A stretch of 64,000 bases of DNA, from positions 442 through 64,441 of the forward strand of contig NW_005434643.1 of assembly GCF_000315625.1 (NCBI RefSeq), written 5' to 3'. This stretch comes from Guillardia theta CCMP2712. Taxonomy: Eukaryota > Protista > Cryptophyta. The position numbers and the translations under genes are program-made. The notes beneath the pieces were generated by a model. It saw only the letters and a program-made list of their open reading frames with translations, made no database searches and had not been told where the DNA came from. Shown one piece after another: positions 36,826 through 48,675 of this stretch (within the stretch, counting starts at the first letter, position 1; every line of letters begins with the position of its first letter).

Positions 36826-39800
36826 ATGTCCAGTTCATCTCAGGAATTCATGTCGGCTCGAGCCAGACAGCTGCAGGCAGATGTGCTTGTGCATGAAGTT
36901 TATGAATCTGGTGGTTCAAACATGTCCAATGAGTCCTTTGGAAGCAGCGACAGCGATTTCAGGTTCATTCCCAATGAAGCAGAAATGGAGCACTATGCGA
37001 GAGTTCTTAATAACCCTGGGCAGATCATGCCTCATGGAGTATTTCTTCTTGTAGATGAGTCTGACAAGTTGAAGATCAAAGCTGCCAGCTCAAACACAGA
37101 CAGCATTCTTGGATGGCCTTGCGAGGAGTTGCTGGGAAGAGCTATGCTGGATCTGTTTGAAGAGAAGCAGCGAATCGAGACGGCTCTCGTAGCCAAGAGC
37201 CTTGATCTGGTGAACCCCATCACTGTGAACATTGCCAAGAGGACCGATGATGACATTGGAGGAACGGTAAATCTCATCATGCACAGGGCTGCGGACGGCC
37301 TCGTCGTTGACGTCGAGCAACTGGACCCTTCCGAGAATGCCTTCGCTGCGCATCAGCGTGTGCGTGCTGCTATCGATCGTCTGAATATGATGGACAGCCA
37401 GCAGAAGCTATGCGAGCAGGTTTGCAATGACTTCTTCGACATCTTCGGCTACGACAGGGTCATGGTGTACTATTTCCATGAAGACTGCCATGGGGAAGTC
37501 GTTGCTGAAAGGACCGTTGAAAATCTTGATGACTCGTATCTTGGTTTGCACTATCCTGCTACCGATCTTCCGCAGCGCATTCGTGACCAGTACAAGTCTG
37601 AGCATGTCAGATTGATTATGGACAGCAATGCTAACCATTCGGACATTATCATGCTAGACAAGAGTAAATCGTCAAGCACCATATCTTTGGGTGGTTCTAC
37701 ACTTCGAAGAGCGCACAAGTGCCATTTGGAGTATTTGAACAACATGGGTGTTACAGCATCAATCGGTCTTGCTCTCGTAGTGAAGGATCAATTGTGGGGA
37801 CTGATCATTGGTCACCACATGTCTCCCAAATTCGTTTCCTATCAGATGCGAATGGCAGGAGATTTCTTGGCCCAGGCGTTTTCTATGCGTGTGGCAAATT
37901 TGCTTGACCTTGAGGTGAAAATATGATCATGCGTCAAATCTTCTAATTCAACTTTGAACAGGCTCACAAAAGGCATGATAGGAACCTTGAATTGCATGCC
38001 AAACTTTGTGACATCATGAGCGAGCAAGGAATGAATCCCGGCTTGCGGCTCAAGGGTCTTGTGTCTTCTGCGCCAAATCTGATGGATCTTGTTCCTGGAG
38101 TGTCCGGAGCTGCAGTTAGCTACCAGGGCAGAATCACCTCAGTTGGTCAGACACCCGGGCAGGTGACATTTCTTGGCGGAAAAGGTTTCTTGCATGTTTT
38201 GTTTACTTTGTTTGCAGACTTCCATCCGAATGATTTTGAATGCCGTACAAGCAAGGTGGATGAATTCTTCTGACGGCAAACAAGTGAGATCCCTCTGATC
38301 TACCCTTGTGTTGCTTTGTTAAAAGTTGTTCCTTGTCAGGTCTGCTGCTGGGATAAGATGTCCGATTTGAGCGAGTCCTTTGAAACGTTTTCAAACATTG
38401 CAGCTGGTGTTCTGTTGGTTCCTGTCCTCGAAGATGGAGTTTTGATGCTTTTCCGTCCTGAACTCTCGACGACGATCAGATGGGCCGGTAACCCTGCAGC
38501 CCCTGCTTCGCGTGAAAAGAAGACAGGTGTGATCCTTGTGTCTCTCTTGCCAGGAGCCTCACTTCTTGCTCAGGTGCTATGCATCCTCGTGCATCTTTTG
38601 AAATCTTCTCGGATGCAGTGAAAGGACAATGCGCACCTTGGCTGAAGTGGCAGGTTGATGCTGCGTCCGGCCTTGGATTGCTTGTCAACGACCTTGGACG
38701 TGGCAGCGATCTTCCTGGAACCGATTTGCTCGAGCGTGTAGCTGATGCTCAAATGAAGAACAAAACAGAAGCAAGCTCTGCACGTACTGAAATGATTCAC
38801 TTGATGGATTCCGTGAAAGCCCCAGTCTTCGGTTTGGATTGCGACCTTCGAATCGTCCAATGGAACAACATGTGTGTGCAGTTGACCGGGTTTACCAAGG
38901 AGGAAGCGATGGGAAAGAACTTGCTTGATTTGGTCCCCAAAAAGCTGCAAGAATCTCTCCAATCTGTTCTTAAGCATGCACTCCGTGGGGAACAAGTTCG
39001 TGCGTACGAGTTCAGCATCTCAAAGGCGCGTGCTTCGGAGCTTCCTGTGATAGCTCGCCAGGTCGACCTGTTGTTGAACGCATCCGGAAAGTATGATACC
39101 AATGGAGTCTGCACGGGAGTGAACTGTGTTTGCCAAGACATCACTATGCAGAAGATGTCCAAGGGCAAGCAGGAAGTTCTTGGGGCTCAGTTGGAGCAGA
39201 TTTCTAAGCTTGCCATTCAAATGCAACCGAATGGATTCGATGCCACTGAATCACAATTTGAGTTCATGCCAAACAAAGAAGACGCTCTGCTGGGAGAAGG
39301 CGCGTTCGGAAAGACTTATAGAATGAAAAATACGATTGATGACATGGCATATGCTGTCAAAATGATCAACGTGAAGAAGCTGCAGAGAAATGGAATGTCT
39401 GTGCAGTCTTTGAAGAGAGAAGTTCAGATGCTTCTGCAGTTGAATTCCGCATACATTGTTCGTTATTACACATGCTTCATGCGCAAGAACGGCAAGTATT
39501 TCTGTATTGTGATGGAGTTGGCTGCTGGTGGAACACTGTCCGAGCTAGTAAAAAAGCGAAGAGCTGGAGAAGTACCTGAGGAGCGTATACGTATGTTGGC
39601 GCACCAGATGGCCAACGCTCTGGCGCATATTCATTCCAAGAAGATGCTGCATAGGGATTTGAAACCAGACAACGTGCTGTTGTCAGGAGATGGTTTGGAG
39701 ATCAAGGTGATTGTCAGAATTAACCCTGATCTGTGTCGTGATGTGATGTAGGTAACGGACTTTGGTTTGGCTTGTGTTGCATCTTCTGCTGGAGCAAACT

Positions 39801-41180
39801 CCAGAGCTGGTACTTTGACGTATTCCTCGCCGGAGAAAGCAGGATCCAAGGTGAAAACCACGTTTTTTAGCTAGCTGCGTGTAAGCCCTGGTTTGCAGGG
39901 TTACGACAGCAAGGATGATATCTGGGCGCTCGGCTGTATTCTGGTGGAACTGATCACTGGCGTTCCACTTGGAGCTCGATGTGCTGGAGGAGTCTTTGCA
40001 TTCAACAAGGAGCTCATTGCACGAACAATCGCTGAATGCAAACAGGAAAGTCAACGGTTGGGCTCTGTAGTCGAGATGTTGCTCAGCCTGCAGCCCAACT
40101 CGCGTCCTTCAGCTGAGGAAGTTGCAGTCATGCTGGAGACCAAGAGGTCCACGAGAGTGACCAAAGAGGAAGCTGAGGAGTTCTGCGAGGAGTACCTCTG
40201 CTCGATCTGTCAGAGCTTGGTGGTGGATGCTCATACTATGTGTGAGGATGACCACGTGTTTTGTGGCATCTGTTTGAAGCAATGGCTGAAGACCAAGCAA
40301 GTGTGTCCTACTTGCCGTAAGCCTTCAACCCACATCCGCAGGCAGAAGATTGTCAACAATGTCGCAGAGAAGCTTGCGCAGAAGTTCCTCAGTCCGGAAG
40401 AGCTGGAAGAAAGGAAGGAGAAGCAAAAGGCCTCTGAAGTAGCTATGGCTGAAGAAGCCACTCGTGTGCGAAACGAGCTCTCAGAAAGCTCTAGGGGTGC
40501 TGGCCAAGTTCCCTGGGTGTATCGTTCTGGCGTTGCACAACTTGGAAGTGGCTGTACTTTGCTCCTGCATCCTGGAACAGGCGCATTGGTTGAACTCTTC
40601 CACATAAATGGATGGTTTCGATTCCGTGCGGATAGAAATGCGGAGCCTCGTTGGTGCAACAGCTGCTGTATCATCGGTGAAAGTGACTTTGGAGCTCCTG
40701 ATATCGTGGAAGTATTGGATGCTGGCCAGGTTTGACCAGAGGCCTTCTGAGTGCCCGACTTTCTTCTGACTTGTTTCTGGTTGGTGAACACCAGGGTCGA
40801 AATGTTCCGTATGATGGCATCGAAGACTTGAACCAGAGTGACTTCTGGACCTCGAGGGTTCGATCCTCCAAGGTGAAACAAAGAAGGGAGTGGGTGACGA
40901 CGATGGTTGACCAAGATGTAGGTCGTGCTCTCCAATGCTGACGAGGAGACGCTAATCCTCCTCCCTGAGGGAGGTCTCATCTGGCTTTCTCACTACGGCA
41001 TGGACAAGGTTGTATGGTCCCTTGCTGTGTGATTGGCTTGCTAACTCCTCATCTCTTCCTTCCCCCCACTTACTTCCCTTTCCTCCCTCTCAGGGCCTAG
41101 TTGTCAAGTCATCACTCTCCGCCTCCCAGGACTCCAGTGCTATCGAGGTTGCAAAACAAGTGAAGAAAGTCCGCCCCTGA
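36826..41180 (+). CDS. PEK: Cryptophyte phytochrome-eukaryotic kinase hybrid: PAS-GAF-PHY-PAS-Ser/Thr kinase-RING-unknown C-terminal domain
   Basis: Exons 36826-37914, 37962-38162, 38218-38283, 38340-38526, 38574-39706, 39752-39850, 39899-40729, 40795-40872, 40922-41008 and 41094-41180. Photosensory motifs: GQIMPHG, GYDRVMVYYFHED.HGEVVAE, YLGLHYPATDLPQ, LRRAHKCH (bilin Cys, 37720-37722), WAG, HPRASF. PAS IVQWNN. Kinase GEGAFG/AVK/HRDLKPDN/DFG/SPE. C3HC4 RING CSIC...C...H..C..C...CPTC. Confidence 0.96.
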
Positions 41181-41501
41181 AATCTCCGCAGGTCATGACC
41201 AGAGACGCCGCGCGTTCCATGCTCGGAGGCGATGTTGACGCACTGCTGATGAGGTGACCACACCAATAGATCCATAGCTACTTGTTTAGCCTCGTGTAGA
41301 GAATCTAAGTTGCGAGAGTTTCTTACTTTGGTATTCCGTTTCAGCACTCAATCTGGCTAGGCTGGCAAGAGGAACATGAAATGATGACTTGATTGCTTCA
41401 GCATCAAGCTCGTAACTTTTGCTTGCTGTTTGTAACGTTTGCATAGTACACCTATCCTGTAGAGATCCTAGCCTCCCTCTACTCCTGGCAACATGTCTCC
41501 A

Positions 41502-43364
41502 TCAGTTGGCATCCTTAGTTTTCCTGTCATCACATTCAATCGCTGCAACGACAAAAGTGATAATGTACAACTTGTGCTGGTCGTGCTGAGCGCGCAGGTC
41601 CTGCAAGAACAAGAGGAGCCGCCGACGTTCTCCCAGCCGTTCAATTCCCAACTCCTGCACACAAGTCAGAGGGAGGGAGGGAGTTAGAGCAAGGGGGGAG
41701 GGAGGGAGGTAGCCAAAGGAAAGGGGAAGGGAGGAAGGGGAGAGAAAATTGCAGGAGGTGGGGGTACCGTCTTGATCTCCTCCTCGTCGTCCTCCGTCAG
41801 TGTAAGCGCGACCCTGCCGTCGATCTTGGACTTTTGAATCGCTTCCACACAACCTGCGATGCTCCATCAAGGGAAGAGGCTCCGAAGAGAGGTCCCACCT
41901 GCAAGGTCCGCCTTCTCAAGCATGTAGCAGAGATCGTCCGTGCTCCAGTCTGCCGGGTTTTGGCTGGAGAGGAGAGTGAGGAAGACGGCAGAAGAGGAGC
42001 GAACTCTGCTAACCTAGGCGCAGGCCGCATGCTGTATTTCTTCTCCCAATCCTGCGATGGCCAAATTTTGTCAGGAGGGAGGACACGAGGCAGGGCCAGC
42101 AATAAAGATGAAAATGCATTATGAAACATCGAGGCAGAGTGGCAGACAGAAGGAGGGAACTGGGAACGAACGTGATGATGGCAAGGGATGGAGGAGGTGG
42201 AGAAGGACTGCACCTGCAACGCAAGTTTTCGAGCCTCCTCCTCGTCATAGGTGAGGCTCTTTGACTCCCCTGGGCTGGTGCTGACACTAGCCTCGTCCAA
42301 CCGGAGAGAGGAGCTGGTCTTGCTGAAGGCAGCCTTGAGCCGCTCCTTCTCCTTTGTCCAACCCCACAAGGCGATGGCGAAAGCTGCTGCTGAGACCGTC
42401 AGCTTCAGCGCCATGTAAGGGGTCGCCGTTGTGCTCTCCACAATCACATTGACAGGCCCCTTGATAACGAAGGGGTTGGGGACGATGTCAAGGAACTGCG
42501 AGGCGAACATGTCGGGGAGGAGAGGACGAAATACAGGATCGAGGAAGAGTGGACGGAGGGGGTCGAGAATCTGGATCGTCTTCACCACCTGCAACATGGT
42601 CAGAGACGACGGGAGGAGGGACAAGCAGCCACCTCGAAGGTCTTGGCTGGAACCATCGCCACCCACGCGTTGAAGAAAGGGAGGAGAGAGGCCACGAGAA
42701 GGCCCAGGAGCGAGCGGGCCCGAGGAAAGTAGGCGATCATGGAGGCGACCAGGGCCGTGAGGGCCGTGAGGAAAGAGGAGATTGTCCCTAAGAGGACCGG
42801 CTGAAAGAATGCAAGGCCGGCACCGAGGAACATGGAAGCTGGTGTAAGACAGACGGCGAGCATGTTGAACATGAGCACGGTCACAGCAGTTGCTGCGGAG
42901 AGCGCGATCCAAGCTGAGGATGCGATGGGGTACACAGCCATGCAGACGAGGAGGATGAGGACAAGCTTCTTGGGGGAGTCGGGCGTCACCCTCCTCACCA
43001 TGGCTGCCACCCTCTCCCTCCTCTCCGTGAGCCTTGCTATCCTCGCTGGCATCTTCTCAATCATCTTGCTCATCTTCCTTGAGATCTTCGACTCCAGTCG
43101 CTCCATCCTGGCAGCAAGACGTTGACGCTTCCTCTCCGCCTTGTCCTTGAAACGCTGAAGACCAGGAGCAGGCTCGGGGCTGGACAACTCGTCAACCATA
43201 TGGAGCAAGCAAACTGTTGGGGAGGTTCTGCGACTTCGATCCATCGGAAGGCTCGAAGGTGATGAAGAGAGAAGAGACGATCTTGCAAGGAAAAGACCAG
43301 GTTGGAAGCCATCCACTAGCGCCAGGCCAGCGATGAGACACCAGGTTCTTATGGCTCCTGACAT
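41502..43364 (-). CDS. Predicted plastid-targeted multi-pass membrane protein with C-terminal SAM (sterile alpha motif) domain
   Basis: Signal peptide MSGAIRTWCLIAGLALVDG|FQP followed by an S/R-rich transit peptide and several TM segments. Spliced C-terminus WSTDDLCYMLEKADLAGCVEAIQKSKIDGRVALTLTEDDEEEIKTELGIERLGERRRLL matches SAM. Confidence 0.7.
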
Positions 43365-44089
43365 GCTCGACTGAATGGTGATGGTGGTGGAGTTGTAGCA
43401 CCTGCCTCGTGCTCTTTCTGTTGCAACTGCCCTGTGCTGCTCTACCTGACGGGTTTGTTTGGCTGAGCGACGACAAAGAGGGTGTGACGAAGGGCTTCCA
43501 ATCAGCTGTCCGTCAAAAGTAGGATGGTGTCTCTGCACAAGGGAACGAGGATAAAATCAGTATCAACAATAGAGATGAAATACTTTCTCCGCGTGTCTCA
43601 TGAAAAAATTCTAGTGCTACAGACTTCCTGCTAAGTATATGATGCCACGCAAGCAAACCTGTCACTACTCTTCTGTTTGAACATCCTTCCCGGACAACAC
43701 CTGCAAACTCGGAGTTGCAACCCTTGGCTGTTCTTCTCCTCCCCTTTCATGCTCTTTGGCCCGTTTTGACCCTCATGTGCTCGATGCCTCACCTAACTCA
43801 TCTTCATCAGCTAATCCTCGATAACTTGTCTGTTCCTCTCTCGATCTTCCCCTTCTCACCGCCTATCTCCCCTTCTCTCGGGAATCCCTGCCTCGACCGT
43901 CCCTTCATCTTCCAACATACCCAGCCGTCCCTTGCCCTCCATTGCATCTACTCTGATCCTGGTCTCTGTGCATTGTATATCTTGTCCTCTGTTCTGTCCC
44001 TCACATCCTCCGTCTCCTCGCTTCCTCTCCCTCCGCTCCTCCTTACCTCACTGGATGTTCGCCATGCAAGGCTGTAAACGAAAAATTGC

Positions 44090-44990
44090 AAGGTGGGGGT
44101 ACACCAACTTATGGGGTGGGGTACAAAATTGACCCATACATAAGGAGTGAAGCGAGTCAGGAGAGTAATTGAGGTAGGGTAATGACAGGTCAAATATGGG
44201 GTAGTGAAAATTATTGGGGGTAGGGGGTAGAGAAATAATCCAATATGAGAGGGTAGGGTGATTGTTGCGGGGGTGGAGAAGTTTGATTCTTGTTTGTGCG
44301 AAAAAATTCTTAGTGACATGACCTTATGGGGTAGGGGTGAGTACCCTACCTACTCATATACATTTTTTCGACATTTTTTCTACCAAGAGTACCCCTACAA
44401 CATGCGCATAAAGCAATGACTACCCACCCACTTGCATAGTGATCTGGCACTGAAGCCCGAGGCTGACTCGGCTCAGTTCTCAGTCACTTCAAGAGTGCCT
44501 AGCCTGAGCGGCCGGGCAACTTGCAAGTTCCCCGGGCCCGGTTCGGAAGTCACAAGTTCACTCAGAGACTGACGCGGCTGACTCTCACTGATCGACTGAA
44601 CTTGATCACCCAGTGCCCCGGCCGGAGCGCCGTTTGTGAATCGCTTCACTTGAATGCCTTGAACTCGGAATGCATTCAAGTGAAGCCGTCACGGCCGTAC
44701 GGTCCGATCGGACCTTACTGCCAGACGGGAGGATCCCGCCCCGGACCGGCCCTGACCGTGGACTAACCCCTCGGGCCGTCGTGGGGCCGTAGGCTGGGCC
44801 GCCGCCGGGTGTAGCGGCCCGGTTACTACGACCGTACTGTTACCCGGTACTACCGTACGGTGGCTGACCGGTAGTAACGGGCCGGGGGCCCAGTGTGGCC
44901 CGCCCCGGCCCCCCCGGCCCGATCGGCGGACTCATGCTTCCGTGACTGTGACGGGCGGAATCGGCTAGTCCGAGTGACGGCATTTCCAGA
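44090..44990. other. Paired GGGTA/TACCC tract (44090-44435) and CCGG/palindrome tract (44450-44990) between divergent genes
   Basis: Sharp switch between the two vocabularies. 15-bp inverted repeat at 44643-44657 / 44672-44686. Confidence 0.65.
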
Positions 44991-45729
44991 ACCCCTTCCC
45001 TGAGACAGAGAGTTCAGTAGCCCCCTGAAATCATGACAGTATATATCTCAAATTACAGTTGAAGATTTCAAAATTGCATGAAAGGCATGGGCCACGACAT
45101 TTTTCTATTTCGATTGTTCGTAGGAAACCCTGGTTGAGGCCGTTGCGATGCAGAGCGATCGAACCTGCGAAGAGGAGAGGAGAGGCCGAGGAGAGGAGAG
45201 GAGAGGAGAGGAGAGGAGAGGGGAGGGGGGGAGAGGAAGGAGTGTAGGATGAGAGGAGAGTGACGAGGCAAATAGAAGACTAGCAGCAGCAGCACACAAC
45301 AGAGACAGAGCAGACACAGTAGGTGAATCCAATGAGCTGCAATGCCTGGAAACGATATTTGTGATTGAGATAATGATTGAGATAGCAGAGATGGGATAGG
45401 ATGGGGCGAGGTGATGTCATGTGATGGTGGAAGATGATGATGATGAGGAGCAGCTTTTACAGCAGCGAGAGGACGCTGGAGTAAGCCATCGATGGCAGAT
45501 AGCAGGCAGGCCAAGTAAGGTCGCACACAGGAGTAGCAAGGAAAGATAGATGGGAAGAAAACTACTCACGTTAACGCCCCCCCTGCCTCGAGTCAAGAAA
45601 ATGAAATGGATCATCTCCTTTGTCTCTGAGTGAATCTTGAAGGACCTGATGCGAAATCCACGGGGGACGTAGCTACTCATAGAGGCGATGCCTGCCAAGA
45701 TTTGGTAGCTTTGCAGCGGCTCTTTGAAG

Positions 45730-48586
45730 ATGATCTCTGCCCTCGGCATCCTGTTGGAGGAGGAAGAAGGAAAGCTTGTGGTACTAGACACGTTCCTCTC
45801 ACTCTCAAGTCACCGAGCTGCTGCTCAGGTTCAGGCTATCTACCCAGGAGGGCCGGCTAGCATTGCATGCGATATCTCCAGAGAGAAATATGGTAGAGCT
45901 GCTGTGCTGCACCCCTGCCACCAGTGATGCTGGGGGTGGTTGACAGGGGAGGGGTGGGGCATTCAAGCAGGAGACGTTCTCTTGCGTGTCGATGACGTCG
46001 AGGTGCTCGGGCGAGATCCTGTGCAGGTTCGATCGCTGCTGCGAGGAGCCCCGGATACCAAGGTTGTGCTGCGTTTCTTGCGCAAAGAGATGGGAGAGAC
46101 AAGAGGTGAGAGTGGTTGAGGTTGTTGAGGTTTGCTTCCATGTGCTGAGAGTATACAAGATGGGAAAGGATTCTTTGACATAGAAATACAGAGGAGATCG
46201 TCAGTCAAGGACAAGTATTGCTCATCGTAGCTTGTCCATCGTTCTGATAGTTTGCTGTCAGGAGCATGATCTTCCAAGGAACCCCTGAGAGGCATCCGAT
46301 GATCTCATTGCAGGTCTGTTACTTGATCCTCTTCTCCTTGCTCCTCACCTCAATCTTTTTACAGCAGAGTCATCAAGACTCGGCTATGCATGACCGAGAA
46401 CTCAAAACTCCCAAGATCTTCGAGGAGTTGATGCCATCCGACAGTGTTACCCCTTGTAGATCAGACATGAAGCCTCCAAGACTTCATGAGAACAGCCTGG
46501 GCTTTCAAGCAGCTTCTCTCAAGCAGAAAGTGGCGGAGCTAGAACAAGAGTCCGTGCTCTGTTTGCATGGCAGATGTTCTCACCCCTTCTCAGACTCCGA
46601 GAAGCAAAAAGTCAGGCTTACCTCAGCTCAAAGATAGTAGACCGTCTTCACTTCCTTGAAGACAAGCTGTTCGAGACCGAGACGAACATGCCTATCATGA
46701 TAGAACAGCGGTGTGATGCCAAGTGGGGGCATGTGAGATTGGAGTTGCTTGCTGAGGTACTGAACGAGGAGAGCGATACCTGATTCGCTGTGATTGTTTA
46801 ATCCTGCAGGTGGAAGAGAAGAAGAAAGAGGCGAACGTCTTCATGAACCTGTTGAAAGAGTCAGAGGATGTTGATTCTTCCTTCACCTTGCCTTCCTCCT
46901 CACCGCCTTCGCAGAACCTCGCAAAAGCCAACGAGAAGCTGAAAGCTTACAGGGAATCGGAGGAGATGTGAGATCTTTGAGAAAGCTCATCGCGCTTCCT
47001 CCTGTCATGTCACTTCAGGTTACGTCAGCAGCTCCTGGAGACCAAACGAGACCTCAAGTCTTACAAGGAGCGAGAGCAGCAGCAGCAGCAAGCGCAGGTT
47101 GACCCGGTGCCAGTGAGCTTGCGGACTGACATGACACGTGATACGTCTCAGAGACGAGCCGAGCTTTCAAACTCCGACCATCCCGTCGACGGTGTGCTGT
47201 ACAGCAGCGACAGGGAAGAGCGGAGGGTTCAGTACTACTCCTCGAGCATGAATGGATGGGGAGACTCCAAGATGACCGAGGGGCTGAAGCACAACAGTCT
47301 CATCTCCGGTCAGCTCTTGAAGCTGCTGGAAGAGAACGAGGAGCTGAGAGACTGTGAGCTCCTGCGACGGCCTGCGGCCCTCTGACCCTCCGGCAGACTC
47401 CACCAGACTTGAGCTGCAGCTGGCGGGGCAGGAGAAGTCGAGGAGGAGCCAGCGCACTAGCCCGAACTCGACGGAGCACCTGCATGAGATCGCGATGCGG
47501 TAGGTAAGACGTCGAGGAGGCGCGGGGACTGAGTGGCGGGAAGGCAAGGGGTTCACCTGCTGCGGCTGATGCTCAACTCGGAGGAGAAGTCAAGGGTGTC
47601 CAAGAGCCTCAACGAGTTTCCAGCATGGTTGGTGGCGGCGATCTTCTACTACGTGGACGACGGGGAGGAGGAGGAGAGGGTGGAAGATCTGAGGCGCTGG
47701 ATGGAAGAGAGCGAGAGCAACCAGAGCCCGCAACAGATTCAGACCCTCCTGCTCAGAATCGCCATGTTCTTCTCCTTCCGCCAGGAGGAGCTTGCCCACT
47801 CTGTATGCTGCATCCTCGGCCTCTTCCCCCCCCCCCCTGTCACTTGCATGATCTCACCCTTCCCTCCTCGTATCTTGTCGCTCCTGACTGCCTTTCAGCT
47901 CACGTTCAAAGACGTCGCTCGAGGCGTTCGGCTCTCCCTCAAGCTCACCATCAGTTTCAGTCAGAACGTCGACGTCGTCCGACTCGCGGTCCTGTGCGTC
48001 TGCGCGGTATCGGGAGGTTGAGCATGCGAGGGAAGGTGACTGGTACCTCAGATCTGCGTCTCTCGCCCGGCAAAGCATCTCATCCACAACTCGGGTGAGC
48101 CTGTTGCTGTGCCGGTCACGAAGGGACTTGATGTTGAAGGTGTGGCAACAGGGATGTCGGATGTGATCAAACTCTCTTCTCTCCTTTCCCACGACGATGA
48201 GCTTGTCTTGTTGTTCGCCACTGAAGCTCTTTGCCACATCAACGTCATGAAGGTCTGTTGAGCTACCGCGATGACAAGGTCTGACTCTCGTGTAGAGCGT
48301 TGATCAGCTCCCCTCCACGTCTTGCTTGTCAGACTGCTGCAGTCTCCTCAAACATCACAACGGAGACATCAGAAGAAACTGCCTACTCCTCCTCTGCCAG
48401 TTCTCCCTCAAGCCTCACCTGCAACATGTACGAAGGGAGGGATGCGAACTAGCGATCGCTAACTGGCGGCAGGTGCTCAAGGAGGAGAGGGGACTGGCTA
48501 AGACGTTGAAGTCTCTCGCTCAAAGTGAAGACCCGCTGGAGCGAAAGAGAGCAGAATGCGCCCTGGACAACATCACTAAACAATGA
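45730..48586 (+). CDS. PDZ + coiled-coil + C-terminal ARM/HEAT-like helical repeat protein
   Basis: LGILLEEEEGKLV|VQAIYPGGPA...IQAGDVLLRVDDVEVLGRDPVQVRSLLRGAPDTKVVLRF (PDZ). C-terminal LLKHHNGDIRRNCLLLL and LAQSEDPLERKRAECALDNI. Start uncertain. Confidence 0.7.
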
Positions 48587-48675
48587 CAACAATCGACAAG
48601 AGACAATGGAGTTGCCGCTGTTCTTCAACTTCTATTTACACACATGTAACTTATGAATAACACAAATGTCACCCC

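Noticed and set aside
13411-41180. cpeA and phytochrome, both bilin-binding, in one window as a possible 'bilin cluster'
   Set aside because: They are 23 kb apart and separated by unrelated genes. cpeA is a dispersed multigene family, and there are no bilin synthesis or lyase genes here.
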